Shown piece by piece: positions 40,162 to 49,496 of a stretch of 64,000 nucleotides of DNA. Under the pieces are notes generated by a model. The model was given only the letters and a program-made list of their open reading frames with translations, ran no database searches and was not told the origin of the DNA. Origin of the DNA: an uncultured archaeon. Its GTDB lineage: Archaea > Asgardarchaeota > Lokiarchaeia > Sigyniarchaeales > SOKP01. The first letter of the stretch is position 1; each line of letters begins with the position of its first letter. The stretch lies in the NCBI GenBank assembly GCA_964486045.1, contig CAZALK010000007.1, positions 64,001-128,000 on the forward strand, read 5' to 3'. A program made the translations under genes and the position numbers.

Positions 40162-41022
40162 ATGCTTTTTACTCACGATGATTTTAAATTTATTGATGCT
40201 CACTGTCATTTTTTTCCACCTGAAATATTTAAAGCAATATGGGACTTTTTTGAAAAAACTGATGAAAATGGGAACATACAAGGCTGGTCTATTAATTATA
40301 AGCTTTCAACAAAAGAGTTAGTCAGGGTATTAGACACAAATAATGTGAAAGCTTTTACTACTTACAATTATGCTCATAAAAAAGGTGTTGCTAATTTTAT
40401 AAATGAATGGATTAACCAATTTTGTAAAAAATACAAAGATGCTATACCATTCGGCTGTGTGTGGCCAGAAGATAAAGATCGTGTTGAATATACCCAGAAA
40501 AATCTTGATGAGAATAACTTTTTAGGAATAAAAATCCAACCTCTAGTACAAGAATTTTATCCTGATGATGAAAGAATGTATGAAATTTATGATTTAATCC
40601 TAGACCGAGGAAAATGGATATGTTTCCATGCTGGTACAGCTCCGTATAGAAACAAATACGTTGGTTACAAAAACTTTATAAAATTTTTAGATAAATATCC
40701 TGACATAAATGTAATAGTAGCTCATATGGGTGCCTTCAAATATAAGGAATTCTTAGGGCTTCTTGATAAACATGAGAATCTCTATTTAGATACTGCTGTA
40801 ATATTCATTCCTGATAATATTTTTCCTGAAAGAAAAATTAAACGCACAACCCCAGAAGAATTAACCTCATATCAGGATCGTATTTTATTTGGGAGTGATT
40901 TTCCTAATATTCCTTTTGAATACCAACGTTCTACAAAAGGATTGTTAGAGTTTGATCTCTCTAAAAAATTTTACGACAATATTTTTTTTAATAATGCTAA
41001 GCGATTATTTAATTTACCTTAA
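40162..41022 (+). CDS. Amidohydrolase_2 family metal-dependent hydrolase
   Basis: IDAHCH, FHAG, AHMG, YLDT, ILFGSDFP, NAKRLF. Confidence 0.9.
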   Translation: MLFTHDDFKFIDAHCHFFPPEIFKAIWDFFEKTDENGNIQGWSINYKLSTKELVRVLDTNNVKAFTTYNYAHKKGVANFINEWINQFCKKYKDAIPFGCVWPEDKDRVEYTQKNLDENNFLGIKIQPLVQEFYPDDERMYEIYDLILDRGKWICFHAGTAPYRNKYVGYKNFIKFLDKYPDINVIVAHMGAFKYKEFLGLLDKHENLYLDTAVIFIPDNIFPERKIKRTTPEELTSYQDRILFGSDFPNIPFEYQRSTKGLLEFDLSKKFYDNIFFNNAKRLFNLP

Positions 41023-41074
41023 AATAGTCAGAGATTGAAATATTTAAGTACTATATACAATTTTTGTTGATAAT

Positions 41075-41566
41075 ATGAGAAAAGTCACTGATACAGACAA
41101 ATTGTTTTATTTTGAGAGAAATTTTGTCACATTAGACGGATTGTGGATGCTTGAAACCGAAAAAGTGGTAGGATGGGATAAGGCTTTAGAAATAGATAAT
41201 ACAGTATGGATTAGGCTATTAAAAATTATAGTGAGAAGAATTAAAAATTATTTGAGAATCGAGACAAATATACTCAGCGATCTGGTTGAGATCATTACTT
41301 TTAGGTGGTCAATTGAGGGTTGGGATTACACTTTAAACGAAATATCAGATTCAGATATAATAATTGAAATTAATAAATGTCCTTATAAATCTTCAATGGA
41401 TAGAAATGAAAGCCGGCATGATAAAATACCCTTGATATGCAAGAATATGTGTAAAATCATTTATACACAATTAACTGAAGATTTCAATCCAAAGATTAGA
41501 TTGGAGAAAAATAAATCCATGGGATTGGGGGATAGTTTCTGTGAATTTCACTTCAAACAATCTTAA
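41075..41566 (+). CDS. DUF6125/V4R-like protein
   Basis: DGLWM, KCP, ICKNMC, GDSFCEFHF. Confidence 0.65.
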   Translation: MRKVTDTDKLFYFERNFVTLDGLWMLETEKVVGWDKALEIDNTVWIRLLKIIVRRIKNYLRIETNILSDLVEIITFRWSIEGWDYTLNEISDSDIIIEINKCPYKSSMDRNESRHDKIPLICKNMCKIIYTQLTEDFNPKIRLEKNKSMGLGDSFCEFHFKQS

Positions 41567-41576
41567 GGATGATTAA

Positions 41577-41984
41577 ATGAGTGAAATTGAGGAAAAATGG
41601 AGCTACATAAATTATTTAAAGACTTTACCAGCAGTTATAATAGGGATTGTTATTTTTTATTTTTCCTCCTTGAGTAATCCTTATCCAACTCCTGTTCCGG
41701 TTCCTGAAGAATTTGCACTAAATTTAAATCCAATTATGCATATGGGTGAATTTGGCTTATTATCGTTTCTACTCTTTTTTGGATTCTCTTCTAAAGTAAA
41801 ACCAATCTACATACTTATAGTTGCATTTTTTTACGCGTTTTTAGACGAGATCCACCAATTTTTTGTCCCTAATCGCTATTTTGATATTTTTGATCTAATT
41901 ATTGATATGATAGGAGTGATAATTGGGGTTTTATCCTACTTTTTGGTTAAAAAATTGAATATAAAATTTAAAACTAGAATATGA
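41577..41984 (+). CDS. VanZ-family membrane protein
   Basis: H..EFG.L, DEIHQFFVPNR.FDIFDL..D. Confidence 0.85.
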   Translation: MSEIEEKWSYINYLKTLPAVIIGIVIFYFSSLSNPYPTPVPVPEEFALNLNPIMHMGEFGLLSFLLFFGFSSKVKPIYILIVAFFYAFLDEIHQFFVPNRYFDIFDLIIDMIGVIIGVLSYFLVKKLNIKFKTRI

Positions 41985-42001
41985 ATAGTGAGGAATAGGT
42001 T

Positions 42002-43861
42002 TTAAGAGTAAATGTTATTAAAATGCTTATTATGACTTTTTAATTCAGAGATTATTAATTGTTTCTCATTTTCTGAAATTGAATATATTGTAAAAATTGC
42101 ATTATCAATTTCTTTTAATAAATGCTTAGCTCCTTCATATGACTTATTATTGCTCTCTCTAAGTATAGAATTTATTTTATCTACTTTATTAGCAAGGTTA
42201 ACCTTGATTTGATCATCTACATTTACAATAGGCAGATGTCGTATCATATATTGATTTAAATTGATAGTAGTATTCTTTTGATTATTGATAGCATACATGC
42301 AGTAAAATTGGATTAAGATTGAGTTAAATATGGAACACAAAAATTTAAGTTCATTTGAATCATCGTGAAGTAATGAATAGATTGAAGAAGTAAAGCACAC
42401 ATTTTCTTCGGTATAGATTGCCTCTGGAATGATGTTATTATGTTTTATTAACAATTTTGGGGAGAGATAATATTCAAAATTTCTACCTTTTAAACTTTCA
42501 GCTTCAATCTCTTCAATATTGAAAGATTTATTTTTGTTAATGAAAAAGTAACTGAAATCATTCCGAGCGCTAACAAAAAAACAAGTAGCTTTATCATGGT
42601 CTTTCAATTTTTCTCTAACGAGTCTTAAACCTTTGTCTTCTTCACCTCTTATCAACTTTGGGAAAGTTATAGGATTTAAATAATTTAAATCCCCTTTTTT
42701 TTCAATTTTATTGATTAATTTAAAATAAATAGGATTAGGTTTGATCCTAATACGATTTAGTGTTAAAGTTTTTGAACTACAATATGGACAATATTTTTTG
42801 AATGTATAAGCATATAATTTCTTAGATTTCAAATAATGAGAACACCTAGCATTCATACAAATTTTTAGTGAATCAACATTTTGATCCTTGTAAGTGATTA
42901 TTTTGTTTTCAGGATAGTCATAAATATTTAAGTTTCTGTGATTATTATTGGACTTGTTTTCATAGAGTAGTATTTGAACCTCATTTGTAGCATTCTTAAA
43001 TAGCTTAGAGCCCATATCGATAATCTTTATCAAATTAGCTCTTGCTAAGAATGAATTTCGAAACGCGATGTATCCTTGTCTAAGTAGAAAACTTTTTGGA
43101 ACTAAGAAACCTATTATCTCATTACTCCAACTTAAGGCTTTAAAGATAAAAGTACAATATATGTCATTATAAAAGCTCTCTTCTCCCTTTAGATATTCTT
43201 TTTCAACCTTATTTAAAATATTTCCATAAGGAGGGTTCCCAATGATAATATCATATTTACCTAAATTTGAATCGATTAGAGAATTTTTTAGTTTAAAGTT
43301 TTCTCTTAATTGGGTAATGATTTCACTAAGACTAGTCGTTTCTTCACCAAAATACCATCCAAATAATTTTAAAATTGATAAATCTATTGCTTGATCGTTG
43401 ATATCATATCCATAAAGATTGCTAAGTATTTTTTTTTTGATCTCAGAGTTATCAACAGCGGGGGTCAATCTTTTGATAATCTTAAAAATAACATCAATTG
43501 AACTCAATAAAAAAATACCTGAACCGCAAGCAGGATCACAAATGGTTGTGTTCAATAGAATATTACTTATTTTTTGCTTAAGTTCAGAATTTAAACCGTA
43601 AATCTGATCAAATTTTTGAATCATTATAAAGGAATCGTATTTAAATCTTAATTTTTTATTAATCAAAAGGATTAACGTTTCACGTACAATAAACTTAGAA
43701 ATTTTTTCATCAGTATAATATACACCGTCTTTTTTTCGCTTATCATAATTAGATAAAAAATTTTCTTCAAACTTATCAATACTAGAAATAATTGACTTTA
43801 ATTGGTGGAAATTTTCAGAATTGATTCTCTGAATAAGTTCTTTGAGTATTTGATGTTTCAT
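42002..43861 (-). CDS. Amino-DNA methyltransferase, Eco57I/TaqI-like (gamma class) with C-terminal TRD
   Basis: GVYYT, DPACGSGIFL (motif I), IIGNPPYG (motif IV), C-terminal L.SIFNS..I.FY; no adjacent nuclease. Confidence 0.85.
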   Translation of the reverse strand: MKHQILKELIQRINSENFHQLKSIISSIDKFEENFLSNYDKRKKDGVYYTDEKISKFIVRETLILLINKKLRFKYDSFIMIQKFDQIYGLNSELKQKISNILLNTTICDPACGSGIFLLSSIDVIFKIIKRLTPAVDNSEIKKKILSNLYGYDINDQAIDLSILKLFGWYFGEETTSLSEIITQLRENFKLKNSLIDSNLGKYDIIIGNPPYGNILNKVEKEYLKGEESFYNDIYCTFIFKALSWSNEIIGFLVPKSFLLRQGYIAFRNSFLARANLIKIIDMGSKLFKNATNEVQILLYENKSNNNHRNLNIYDYPENKIITYKDQNVDSLKICMNARCSHYLKSKKLYAYTFKKYCPYCSSKTLTLNRIRIKPNPIYFKLINKIEKKGDLNYLNPITFPKLIRGEEDKGLRLVREKLKDHDKATCFFVSARNDFSYFFINKNKSFNIEEIEAESLKGRNFEYYLSPKLLIKHNNIIPEAIYTEENVCFTSSIYSLLHDDSNELKFLCSIFNSILIQFYCMYAINNQKNTTINLNQYMIRHLPIVNVDDQIKVNLANKVDKINSILRESNNKSYEGAKHLLKEIDNAIFTIYSISENEKQLIISELKSHNKHFNNIYS

Positions 43862-44002
43862 CTTGAAAGGTAAATAATTTTGTTCAGAAGCATTGAAATT
43901 TTGTTATTATTCACCTAGATTTTTCAATCTAAAATATTTTGTTGTTTATCTAATTTTTTCTTTAGGTTTTTATAGTTATTTTTATTTTATATTATTGAGA
44001 TT

Positions 44003-44494
44003 ATGACTGATAAAGAAGAAGAATTAGATTATCACGGTGTTGCGCCTATTAGATCGATCATAAAGAAGATGAAAAAAGAGTACGATAAAGATTCTAAAGA
44101 TTGGAGAGTTATTGGTTCAAAAGATCGAGATGGGAACTCGGATACAATCATATCAAAAAAGGCCAATCACTTTTGGTTAAAATCAAAACAATTAAGCCCC
44201 TTTTCAGCCTTATCTATGGGTTCAGTAGTACGAAATCTTGATAGAGATATTGATGAAAAGATGGGGAAACAGATGTCTCCAGATGAGATGCTCCGTTTCT
44301 TCGGGATGGTTGTTCCACTTAAAGAAAATAAAAATATTATAGCAACTGGAATAGAAAAATATTCGCAGGAACAAGGGGATTATCTAAAAAAAATTATTAA
44401 AGAAAGAGATTCGAATTTAGATTATCAACTTCGTCATAGAATTGATAAAGAATTCATTAAAAAACATCCTCAAAGAAAAAATTTATTTATTTAA
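44003..44494 (+). CDS. Hypothetical protein
   Basis: 163-aa ORF with typical codon usage. Confidence 0.6.
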   Translation: MTDKEEELDYHGVAPIRSIIKKMKKEYDKDSKDWRVIGSKDRDGNSDTIISKKANHFWLKSKQLSPFSALSMGSVVRNLDRDIDEKMGKQMSPDEMLRFFGMVVPLKENKNIIATGIEKYSQEQGDYLKKIIKERDSNLDYQLRHRIDKEFIKKHPQRKNLFI

Positions 44495-44529
44495 GTGTTA
44501 AAAATCTTTACCAAACTTAACCCAAAGTC

Positions 44530-44940
44530 TTAAACTTTTTCTTTTAAGATATTGAGTTGATCTTTACTTTTAATAACTGGAAGGTTTGCTGAATACTTAT
44601 CTGAATTATTAATTAACTCTGCTACAATAGCGCTCATTTTTTCAGTCCCAGATTTTCCTTCCAGGGAGTTAGTGAATTCTTTCAACAATGCAACCTTCAA
44701 ATCTTCCACATAGAACGTTACTCCCTTTTCAACCTCTTCAAGAAGAAACTGAAATGAAAGGTCAGCATTTCTTTCAGTTTTAAAAAAGGGCTCATCAGGA
44801 TCCTCAAAAGTATAGGAAACTTCAATCCAACGATCGTTATCGGTAGGGACCATCCCAAAAATGTAATCTTTTGTGTGAAGCCAAAAAGGGGTTCCTTTAT
44901 CAAAAGATGAATCTACAAGTGCTTTAAATTCCTCACTCAT
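44530..44940 (-). CDS. Hypothetical acidic protein
   Basis: 136-aa ORF with a GAGGA SD-like motif upstream. Confidence 0.6.
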   Translation of the reverse strand: MSEEFKALVDSSFDKGTPFWLHTKDYIFGMVPTDNDRWIEVSYTFEDPDEPFFKTERNADLSFQFLLEEVEKGVTFYVEDLKVALLKEFTNSLEGKSGTEKMSAIVAELINNSDKYSANLPVIKSKDQLNILKEKV

Positions 44941-45075
44941 ACCAAGTTATTCCTCTAATTTTTATTTAAACTTTTTCTTAGATAGATTAATGAAAAAGAT
45001 TTTTTTAATGTTATAATTTTAAAATTTCTTTTTTAATCTTAGCTTTTAGATTAGGTTTAATAAAAAGAATATTAA

Positions 45076-45858
45076 ATGAAAGGAAAATTGAGAAATATTA
45101 TGCGTACTTTAGATTACGACTTAACAATTTCAACAATTCAAGAATGGATAAACGATTATTGCAAATCTGCTAATGCTGATGGAATTGTTGTTGGGATAAG
45201 TGGGGGTATTGATAGCGCTGTAACTTCAACTCTCTGCACTAATGCAATAGGAAAAGATCGCGTAATAGGTTTAGGTTTACCTTGTTTATCAAATCCTAAA
45301 GATTTGACTGATTCTAAATTGTTAGCTTCCCAATTAGGGATAAAATTTTTAGTTTTTGATTTGTCATCAGTTTATGAAGAATTTATGAAAAAAACTATAA
45401 ATATTATTAAATCAAATAATCTCGCGACAGCAAACTTAAAAGCTCGATTAAGGATGGTAACCGGGTATTTTATGGCACAATCTGAGGGAAATTACTTAAT
45501 AGGAGGCACAGGAAATAGAACAGAATTAGCAATTGGATATTTTACAAAATTTGGAGATGGTGCAGTTGATTTTGAACCTATCGGTGGATTGTATAAATGC
45601 GAGGTAAGGAATATTGCAAAAAGGCTAAATATTCCAGAGGAGATTATTAATAAACCACCTTCAGCTGGATTATGGGAAGGACAAACAGATGAAGGAGAAA
45701 TTGGTATGACTTATGATATAATGGATGAAATAATCTACAGAATTGATCATCATTTAAGTTTAAACGATTTAAACAAAAGTGATATAGAAAAAGTTAAAGT
45801 ACGGATTAAAAAGTCAAAACATAAGAACAATTTACCACCAGTTTTTAAGGTAGATTAA
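45076..45858 (+). CDS. nadE: NH3-dependent NAD+ synthetase
   Basis: GISGGIDSAV, NLKARLRM, GTGNRTE..IGYFTKFGDG, PPSAGLWEGQTDE. Confidence 0.95.
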   Translation: MKGKLRNIMRTLDYDLTISTIQEWINDYCKSANADGIVVGISGGIDSAVTSTLCTNAIGKDRVIGLGLPCLSNPKDLTDSKLLASQLGIKFLVFDLSSVYEEFMKKTINIIKSNNLATANLKARLRMVTGYFMAQSEGNYLIGGTGNRTELAIGYFTKFGDGAVDFEPIGGLYKCEVRNIAKRLNIPEEIINKPPSAGLWEGQTDEGEIGMTYDIMDEIIYRIDHHLSLNDLNKSDIEKVKVRIKKSKHKNNLPPVFKVD

Positions 45859-45930
45859 TTATTAAACTTTTCTCATTAATAAAATTATTCTTTTAACGGA
45901 ATTTGAGACTCAATTGGTAAATATAAGGAA

Positions 45931-46051
45931 ATGAAAAGACCAGGACCATTGGGTTGACATTGATATCGATTTATGTGTTGGTGCAGCTGATTGTGGGGCA
46001 TGTTTAGACGTGTGTCCCACAAATGCTATTTTAAATCATTTAGCTTGGTAA
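45931..46051 (+). pseudogene. Ferredoxin relic with a single cluster motif
   Basis: DHWVDIDIDLCVGAADCGACLDVCPTNAILNHLAW*; the upstream ATG is out of frame. Confidence 0.6.
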
Positions 46052-46164
46052 ATCAAGCTCTTAATCTTGTTTTAATTCAATAATAAAATATGAAGAAAGA
46101 ATGGGTATAAACTTTATATAAATCGAAAAGTTATCACATTTTGAAATAAAACAGCAGTATAGAT

Positions 46165-47784
46165 TTACATACTCGCGATTATTCTTCTAATTCTATTAAT
46201 TCGCGAAGTTATTTCATCTTGATTATTCTTAAAATCTTCACTATGGTTTTTATATTCAACCTCAGAAATCGATCCCCCATTAAAGTTTCTTTCTAGCTCT
46301 TTAAAGCTTTTTTCCAGTGAATATCTTCTCCCTTCAAGGGCAATTAGTTCCTGATATAAAGAATCTTTATCTTTAGGTAGCTCGTTAGTGCTAATTGATG
46401 TATTTTCTTCGGCAGTACTAGTTTGCGGTTCGGTAGAATCAAATCCAACAAAAGGCATTGTTTCAATATCTTTCTTTTTCTTTTTTCCCTCTTTTTTCTT
46501 CTTTTCTTTCGCAGGTTTTAAGCTTGGAAATTCCGATTGAGGTGCTATTTTCTCAGCTCGTTTGCTCCCAACTGAAGAAAATACATCGAAAAGTTGGGTA
46601 CCACTTGATTTAATGGGTTCAGACTCAATTTCTTCAACACTTACAGAAGAGATTTTGGGTGTTTGTGCCAGGAATGGTGCTGGTTCCTTTTGATCTATTG
46701 TATCTTGAATAAGAAATGGTGCCGGGGTTTTTTTTTCTGCTGGTTCTTCTTCGATGAGTGTTATTTCAGTAGAAATTAAAGGTTTTTTTTTTGGTACGGG
46801 AGTTTTGGGTTCTATGATTTTTGGTTCTTCTTCTTTATATTCAGATTCTTGTTCATCTAATATATCTAGAATTGATGTCGATTCTTTTGGTAAATTTTCA
46901 TCTATTTTAGGTTCAGGTCTAATTGGAACTGGTTTTAGTTCTTCGAGAAGATTCAAAATTGTTTCTTCTTCTTTTAATTCTACTGTATCTTTCGGTATAA
47001 CGTCGAGAGACGAAGGAGGAGGTTGAAATCTAGGGTGTGTTTGAGGTGGTTTGGGTGGCGGAGGGAGAGTTATTGTTGAAATGGGTTTTAATTTTTCAAT
47101 TTCTTTTTCTATCTTGACTTGAACATCTTCAATCGACTTAACTCCTATTTTTTCTTTTGGTTTTTCCACGCCTGTTTTAATTTCCCCAAGAATGTGAGGT
47201 GGTTTTTTAGGTCTTTTAATGATGGGAATTTTAATCTTTGGAGGAGGTAGTTTTGAATTTTTCTTGGGTTTAATTTTTATAACTTTTTTTTGAGTAACCC
47301 TTTTAGATGTCTCATCTTTCTCGTCAATCTCGTGTTGTAAGAAGTCTATTTTTTGTTTAAGATCATCGATCTCACCCTTAAACTTATCTGAGACTTGGTT
47401 TACTATCTCTTTAATATCAATTTGGGTTGGACTTGATTCAACTTCCACTTCTTTTTTTGATATTAGTTCAGATTCATCTTTAACTTCAACATCAGGTAGT
47501 TTATCGGTTAAATTGATTATTTTTTTAATATAATCTGGTACTTCAGATTCTGTAAACCATAATTCAAGTGTATCCCAATTTTCTAAATTAGTAAGAACAT
47601 CTTCAAATAAGCGCATATTTGCTCCTACGTCATAGAAATTTACCTTTATTAAATTTTGGATTAACTGGATGAGACTCAAACGCGCTTCGATTTCATCCTC
47701 TGGAGTTGGTTCTCCTTGAATTAAGAATAAATGAATATCTTTAATTTCTTGAATTATAGTTTTAAATTTTTCTTCTTCGCTCAT
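46165..47784 (-). CDS. Large hypothetical protein: helical N-domain, coiled coil, long Pro/Lys/Glu-rich linker, helical C-domain
   Basis: LPPPKIKIP, PPPPKPPQ, QPPP; heptad-like segments. Confidence 0.75.
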   Translation of the reverse strand: MSEEEKFKTIIQEIKDIHLFLIQGEPTPEDEIEARLSLIQLIQNLIKVNFYDVGANMRLFEDVLTNLENWDTLELWFTESEVPDYIKKIINLTDKLPDVEVKDESELISKKEVEVESSPTQIDIKEIVNQVSDKFKGEIDDLKQKIDFLQHEIDEKDETSKRVTQKKVIKIKPKKNSKLPPPKIKIPIIKRPKKPPHILGEIKTGVEKPKEKIGVKSIEDVQVKIEKEIEKLKPISTITLPPPPKPPQTHPRFQPPPSSLDVIPKDTVELKEEETILNLLEELKPVPIRPEPKIDENLPKESTSILDILDEQESEYKEEEPKIIEPKTPVPKKKPLISTEITLIEEEPAEKKTPAPFLIQDTIDQKEPAPFLAQTPKISSVSVEEIESEPIKSSGTQLFDVFSSVGSKRAEKIAPQSEFPSLKPAKEKKKKEGKKKKKDIETMPFVGFDSTEPQTSTAEENTSISTNELPKDKDSLYQELIALEGRRYSLEKSFKELERNFNGGSISEVEYKNHSEDFKNNQDEITSRINRIRRIIASM

Positions 47785-47996
47785 GAAGGATTACTTGATT
47801 TATTTTTATTACCTTTCAGCTAAATATTTCTTTTTAAGTAATTAAAAACTTTTCGCCAATATATTTTTATGTGAAGTTTAAATTGATTATAGATTATGAA
47901 ACTTTTGGTACAAATACTTGAGTACTAAATGTTTCATCTGACTTATTCAATTGAAGAAATTAAAATTAATATCCAAAAGGTTTGGTAAATATGAAA

Positions 47997-49340
47997 TTAA
48001 TACCCCATTTTATGTTCTACCTCAGAAAAGACTGTATCAAGAATATGGTAAGCTTTTTCAGTTTGGTCGTACGTCACCTCAAGTGGTGGTTGGATTCTTA
48101 TAACATTCCCGTCAATTCCACCCTTTCCTATAAGCAATCCATTTTTTTTGCAAATTTCCATAACTTGTAGCATTTCTTGAGTAGCAGGTTCCTTTGTATT
48201 TTGATCACGGACGAGTTCTATCCCTAACATCATTCCTTGTCCGCGTACATCACCAACTAGTTTATGATCCGCTTTAAGATTTAGAAGTTGATTCTTAATT
48301 GATGTACCAAGTTTTGTAGCTTTACTTAGATACTGTTCTTCTTGGATAATTTCAATTACAGCTATTGCCGCTGCACATGAAAGGGGATTACCACCAAAAG
48401 TTGTAAAACTATCTGTTGTAGTATACTCTGCAGCATATTCTGGGTGCGTTAGAATCCCACCTATTGGAATACCGCTACCAAAACCTTTTGCTATAGTAAT
48501 GACATCTGGTGTTACGTTTGATTGTTGAATGCCCCACCAACGATCCCCAGTACGTCCAAATCCTGTTTGGACCTCATCAGCAATGAAAAGACCGTCAAAT
48601 TCTTTTACGATTTCATAAGTGATTTGGAAAAATTCGGGAGGAGGTTGAACAATGCCGCCAACTCCTTGGATCGGCTCAACAATGAAGGCAGCAATGGCGT
48701 TATTAGTCTGAGTTCGGATTACTTCACGAAGATAGCGAGCACACTCAAAATCACAATCAGGATATTCCTTCCCAAACGAACACCGATAACAGTACCCATA
48801 AGGGGTAAAGCGAACACCGGGAGGGTGAGATTCAGGTACCGTACGCCACCCTGCGCTAGAAATCTCACGAGTTAATTGAGTACGTCCATGATAAGCATGA
48901 GTGCATGCTACGATATAAGGATTTTTTCTATATTTTCGAGCCATAAACAACGCAGATTCATTCGCTTCCGACCCACTATTTACAATAAAAGACTGCGATA
49001 AACCTGTAGGCGCAATTTGAGCTAATTTTTGGGAAAGTATAGCGTATGGGATAGTTGAATACAACGTACTAGAATAAATTAGGTGTTCTGCTTGCCATTT
49101 GAGGGTTGCAATGAATTTTGGATGGTTGTATCCAGTAATTTTTGTGCAAATGCCGGAGAAGAGATCGATATATTGCTTACCCAAATCATCTTCTACTATC
49201 GCACCTTTACCCCCCACAATTAGGATTGGATCCTCAAAATAATGAGTGACTGCAGGGATCATGTGTTTTTCTTCAATTGCAAGGATCTCCTTACTTGTAT
49301 AAGTTTTACGAAGGTCCTTGGGTACAAGTGATTCATCCAT
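47997..49340 (-). CDS. Class III PLP aminotransferase, AGXT2/beta-alanine aminotransferase-like
   Basis: NSGSEANE, AYHGRT, EPIQGVGG, ADEVQTGFGRTG, AKGFGSGIP, TFGGNP. Confidence 0.9.
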   Translation of the reverse strand: MDESLVPKDLRKTYTSKEILAIEEKHMIPAVTHYFEDPILIVGGKGAIVEDDLGKQYIDLFSGICTKITGYNHPKFIATLKWQAEHLIYSSTLYSTIPYAILSQKLAQIAPTGLSQSFIVNSGSEANESALFMARKYRKNPYIVACTHAYHGRTQLTREISSAGWRTVPESHPPGVRFTPYGYCYRCSFGKEYPDCDFECARYLREVIRTQTNNAIAAFIVEPIQGVGGIVQPPPEFFQITYEIVKEFDGLFIADEVQTGFGRTGDRWWGIQQSNVTPDVITIAKGFGSGIPIGGILTHPEYAAEYTTTDSFTTFGGNPLSCAAAIAVIEIIQEEQYLSKATKLGTSIKNQLLNLKADHKLVGDVRGQGMMLGIELVRDQNTKEPATQEMLQVMEICKKNGLLIGKGGIDGNVIRIQPPLEVTYDQTEKAYHILDTVFSEVEHKMGY

Positions 49341-49496
49341 TTATTTCACTTTAGGTTTATTAATTGTTAATTTAGTTATCTAATGATGTTTATTATTGAA
49401 AACAAATTTGAAAAAGCATATAAATATTTAATTGTTTTCCAATTTTATTTTCTACATTAACTATTTTACTTAAAGAAAAAAAATTTTGATTAGTAC

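Larger units (their letters stand above)
38526..40287. repeat. Diverged tandem duplication, about 0.85 kb (approx. 38526-39410 and 39463-40287)
   Basis: Each copy carries the anchored-protein gene, the divergent promoter region and the amidohydrolase 5' end. Confidence 0.85.
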
